IMG/VR virus record: IMGVR_UViG_3300037504_001140
Span: 1-27,128 of that record
Reading direction: 5' to 3' (one strand)
DNA: 27,128 bases
Origin: a virus
Taxonomy: Duplodnaviria; Caudoviricetes
The notes below the pieces were generated by a model. The model was not told the DNA's origin and searched no databases. It worked only from the letters and a program-made list of their open reading frames with translations. The translations under genes and the position numbers were made by a program. Positions within the stretch are counted from its first letter, which is position 1, and each line of letters opens with the position of its first letter. Below, in pieces: positions 25,464 through 27,128 of the stretch.

Positions 25464-26023
25464 ATGATGTCGCCCAAGTGAGGCCCGGCGATCTGTTTTG
25501 CGTGACCTATGACCCCAAAGAAGACGTTCGGTTCGGCCTGTTCCAGCGGATCCTCGCATGGGGGATCCGCAATGCGGAGCGAATGAACGACTATGACGGC
25601 AAGGCCAAGTACACACACGTCGGTATCATTACGGACGAAAGGGGTTCCACGTTCGAGGCGCTGTGGCGTTACCGGGACGAAACCCTGTTCGAAACGTACC
25701 GGGGTTGCGAGGTCTTGATCGGCCGGCACGAGGACATGACCCTGGAACGGTTTGAGCTCTCCATGGCGGGCTTGAGAAGGGACTATGCGGGAAAGCTTTA
25801 TCCGGCCTGGAAGTTTCCGCTTTTTCTCTTTGCGCCGCGGGTGCTCAAATGGATGCCGGGAAAACCGGTTTGTTCTGAGATCGGCGCAAAGCTTTGGCAC
25901 GACGCAGCTTGTAGGCATGTGGACCACTGGAGGGGGTTGACGCCATCATACGTGGCCGACATGATCAGGCGGTGGAGGTGCATTCAAAAGGTGTTTGAAG
26001 GGAGGCTGTCGGGCAGAAGGTGA
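25460..26023 (+). CDS. Permuted papain-like NlpC/P60 (YiiX/YaeF-like) enzyme
   Basis: VRPGDLF...YTHVGI...FEA...GKLY...VCSEI...LTP, with His preceding Cys; ATG at 25460. Confidence 0.85.
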   Translation: MNDVAQVRPGDLFCVTYDPKEDVRFGLFQRILAWGIRNAERMNDYDGKAKYTHVGIITDERGSTFEALWRYRDETLFETYRGCEVLIGRHEDMTLERFELSMAGLRRDYAGKLYPAWKFPLFLFAPRVLKWMPGKPVCSEIGAKLWHDAACRHVDHWRGLTPSYVADMIRRWRCIQKVFEGRLSGRR

Positions 26024-26055
26024 TGGAGTTGATGGAGATATAATTTCGTCTATAT

Positions 26056-26238
26056 TCATCGCCCCTCGCTTTCTGTTAGGGTTAACGGTTTAAACGCCCA
26101 TGAACACGGGCCGCTTGTCATTTCTGCTTCCATTTCTTTCACAATTTTCTCGATCAAAGATGGGGTCAGGATTTGTCCGCAACGACTAATCAACGTGCTG
26201 CGCATTGCAAAAACTTGGGTTGCCTCTCTATCTGACAT
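26056..26238 (-). CDS. Hypothetical protein, 60 aa
   Basis: AGGAGG RBS before MSDREATQ, which is a better start than the track's 26280. Confidence 0.65.
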   Translation of the reverse strand: MSDREATQVFAMRSTLISRCGQILTPSLIEKIVKEMEAEMTSGPCSWAFKPLTLTESEGR

Positions 26239-26249
26239 TTTTATCCTCC

Positions 26250-26462
26250 TCACAGCCCCGGGTTGACCCTCCGGTTCCATTGCTCCTTGATGTCATCCAG
26301 AGTTTCGTCAGCATCATTTTCAACGCACGGGATTTTGCAGCCATCACACCAGATCGCCCAATTTTCCTCGTCACCGCCAAGGCTGCCAACAGACGGGGCT
26401 GTGTCGCAGAATGGGCAGGGCTTGAGAGTATCTTTGCCATAACTGGCCTTATCCTCGCTCAC
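26250..26462 (-). CDS. lar: Lar-family restriction alleviation-like protein
   Basis: LKPCPFC...WCDGC...WNRR signature. Confidence 0.8.
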   Translation of the reverse strand: MSEDKASYGKDTLKPCPFCDTAPSVGSLGGDEENWAIWCDGCKIPCVENDADETLDDIKEQWNRRVNPGL

Positions 26463-26881
26463 GATTCACCCCCCTCTATCGCCTTTCGGATTTCTCCGAA
26501 CGTGGTGCTTGCCTCATCATCAGCGCTTCCATACGCAATCTTTATTTTTGCCGTGTCTGGTATGTCATCGTAGCTATAGGTCGCCCATGCCATTACCAAG
26601 GCTTTTAATCTTTTATATGCCTCCCGCAGCCTGGCGTTTTCGATTACAAGCGCCCGGAGGCGGGAGGGGAGGGGAAGATCATGCTTTAAGACTTCTGCGC
26701 CTCGCCGTATTCCAGGCCCAACTCGGCAACCAACGCCATCCGGCACAATGGAAAGATCAAACCATATAGTATAAATCTCAGAAGGTAGATCCTCGGGCAA
26801 CTCGTCTTCATGAAGATTTTCGCTGAGAATAAGGCTGTATTCTGGTTTTTGTCCTCCGCCCGGCTTTTTGCGACACTTCAT
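26459..26881 (-). CDS. Hypothetical protein
   Basis: AAGGAGGGG RBS, TGATG coupling to the upstream gene and GTGA coupling to lar. Confidence 0.65.
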   Translation of the reverse strand: MKCRKKPGGGQKPEYSLILSENLHEDELPEDLPSEIYTIWFDLSIVPDGVGCRVGPGIRRGAEVLKHDLPLPSRLRALVIENARLREAYKRLKALVMAWATYSYDDIPDTAKIKIAYGSADDEASTTFGEIRKAIEGGES

Positions 26882-27027
26882 CACCAACCCCTCCTTATTC
26901 TTTCATCGCTTGTCGCTTCAACCCAACACCGTTTACACGGGCGACGGGGCCTGTCTGTTTCTCTGCCGCAAAACGGACAACATATGACGGTTCGTTTCTT
27001 CGGGCCTTTGTGGTCAGGGGTGGTCAT
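26881..27027 (-). CDS. 48-aa zinc-ribbon protein (below ORF track cutoff)
   Basis: AAAGGAG RBS; MTTPDHKGPKKRTVICCPFCGRETDRPRRPCKRCWVEATSDERIRRGW has two CxxC motifs. Confidence 0.7.
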   Translation of the reverse strand: MTTPDHKGPKKRTVICCPFCGRETDRPRRPCKRCWVEATSDERIRRGW

Positions 27028-27045
27028 GGGGCGCTCCTTTCGTGG

Positions 27046-27126
27046 TTAATATTCGACGGCATATGGAATGTCTTTCCACACTAACCACTCATAGTCGTCC
27101 TCAAATATCTTTTTCTGCTCCTCGCA
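27046..27126 (-). CDS. 3' end of a gene entering from the right edge
   Basis: Open frame CEEQKKIFEDDYEWLVWKDIPYAVEY* ends just before the next RBS. Confidence 0.4.
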   Translation of the reverse strand, partial: CEEQKKIFEDDYEWLVWKDIPYAVEY

Positions 27127-27128
27127 GA

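Noticed and set aside
356-26023. TGA reassigned globally (genetic code 4 or 25)
   Set aside because: TGA acts as a stop in ATGA/GTGA overlaps (7474, 24422, 25460) and long ORFs lack internal TGA; only 22417 has an obvious read-through context.
26024-26060. Bidirectional terminator at the convergent junction
   Set aside because: Only a weak AT-rich imperfect stem and no U-tract.

Overview
The window is the late (virion) region of a GC-rich tailed phage or prophage with a podovirus-like layout. The + strand (1-26023) carries: Ig/FN3-type proteins, a head-tail adaptor, a fibre adaptor, a scaffold-like protein, a tail nozzle, tail fibre modules, a GNAT-like protein, three or four ejection proteins and a 3163-aa polyvalent ejection protein. 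That protein has ddrB-ParB, tandem JAB/RadC, HExxH zincin, ADP-ribosyltransferase and LPD38-like modules. A lysis/accessory cluster follows (membrane proteins, metallophosphoesterase, M15 peptidase, permuted NlpC/P60), and small - strand genes including a Lar-like gene converge from the right. The standout observation is a gene the ORF track truncates, 22345-22881. It has a strong RBS, a signal peptide, an in-frame TGA at mature residue 2 and a 7-bp hairpin 11 nt downstream that fits the bacterial SECIS model, so it is a candidate phage-encoded secreted selenoprotein. All family calls come from motifs recognised by eye; no database search was run.
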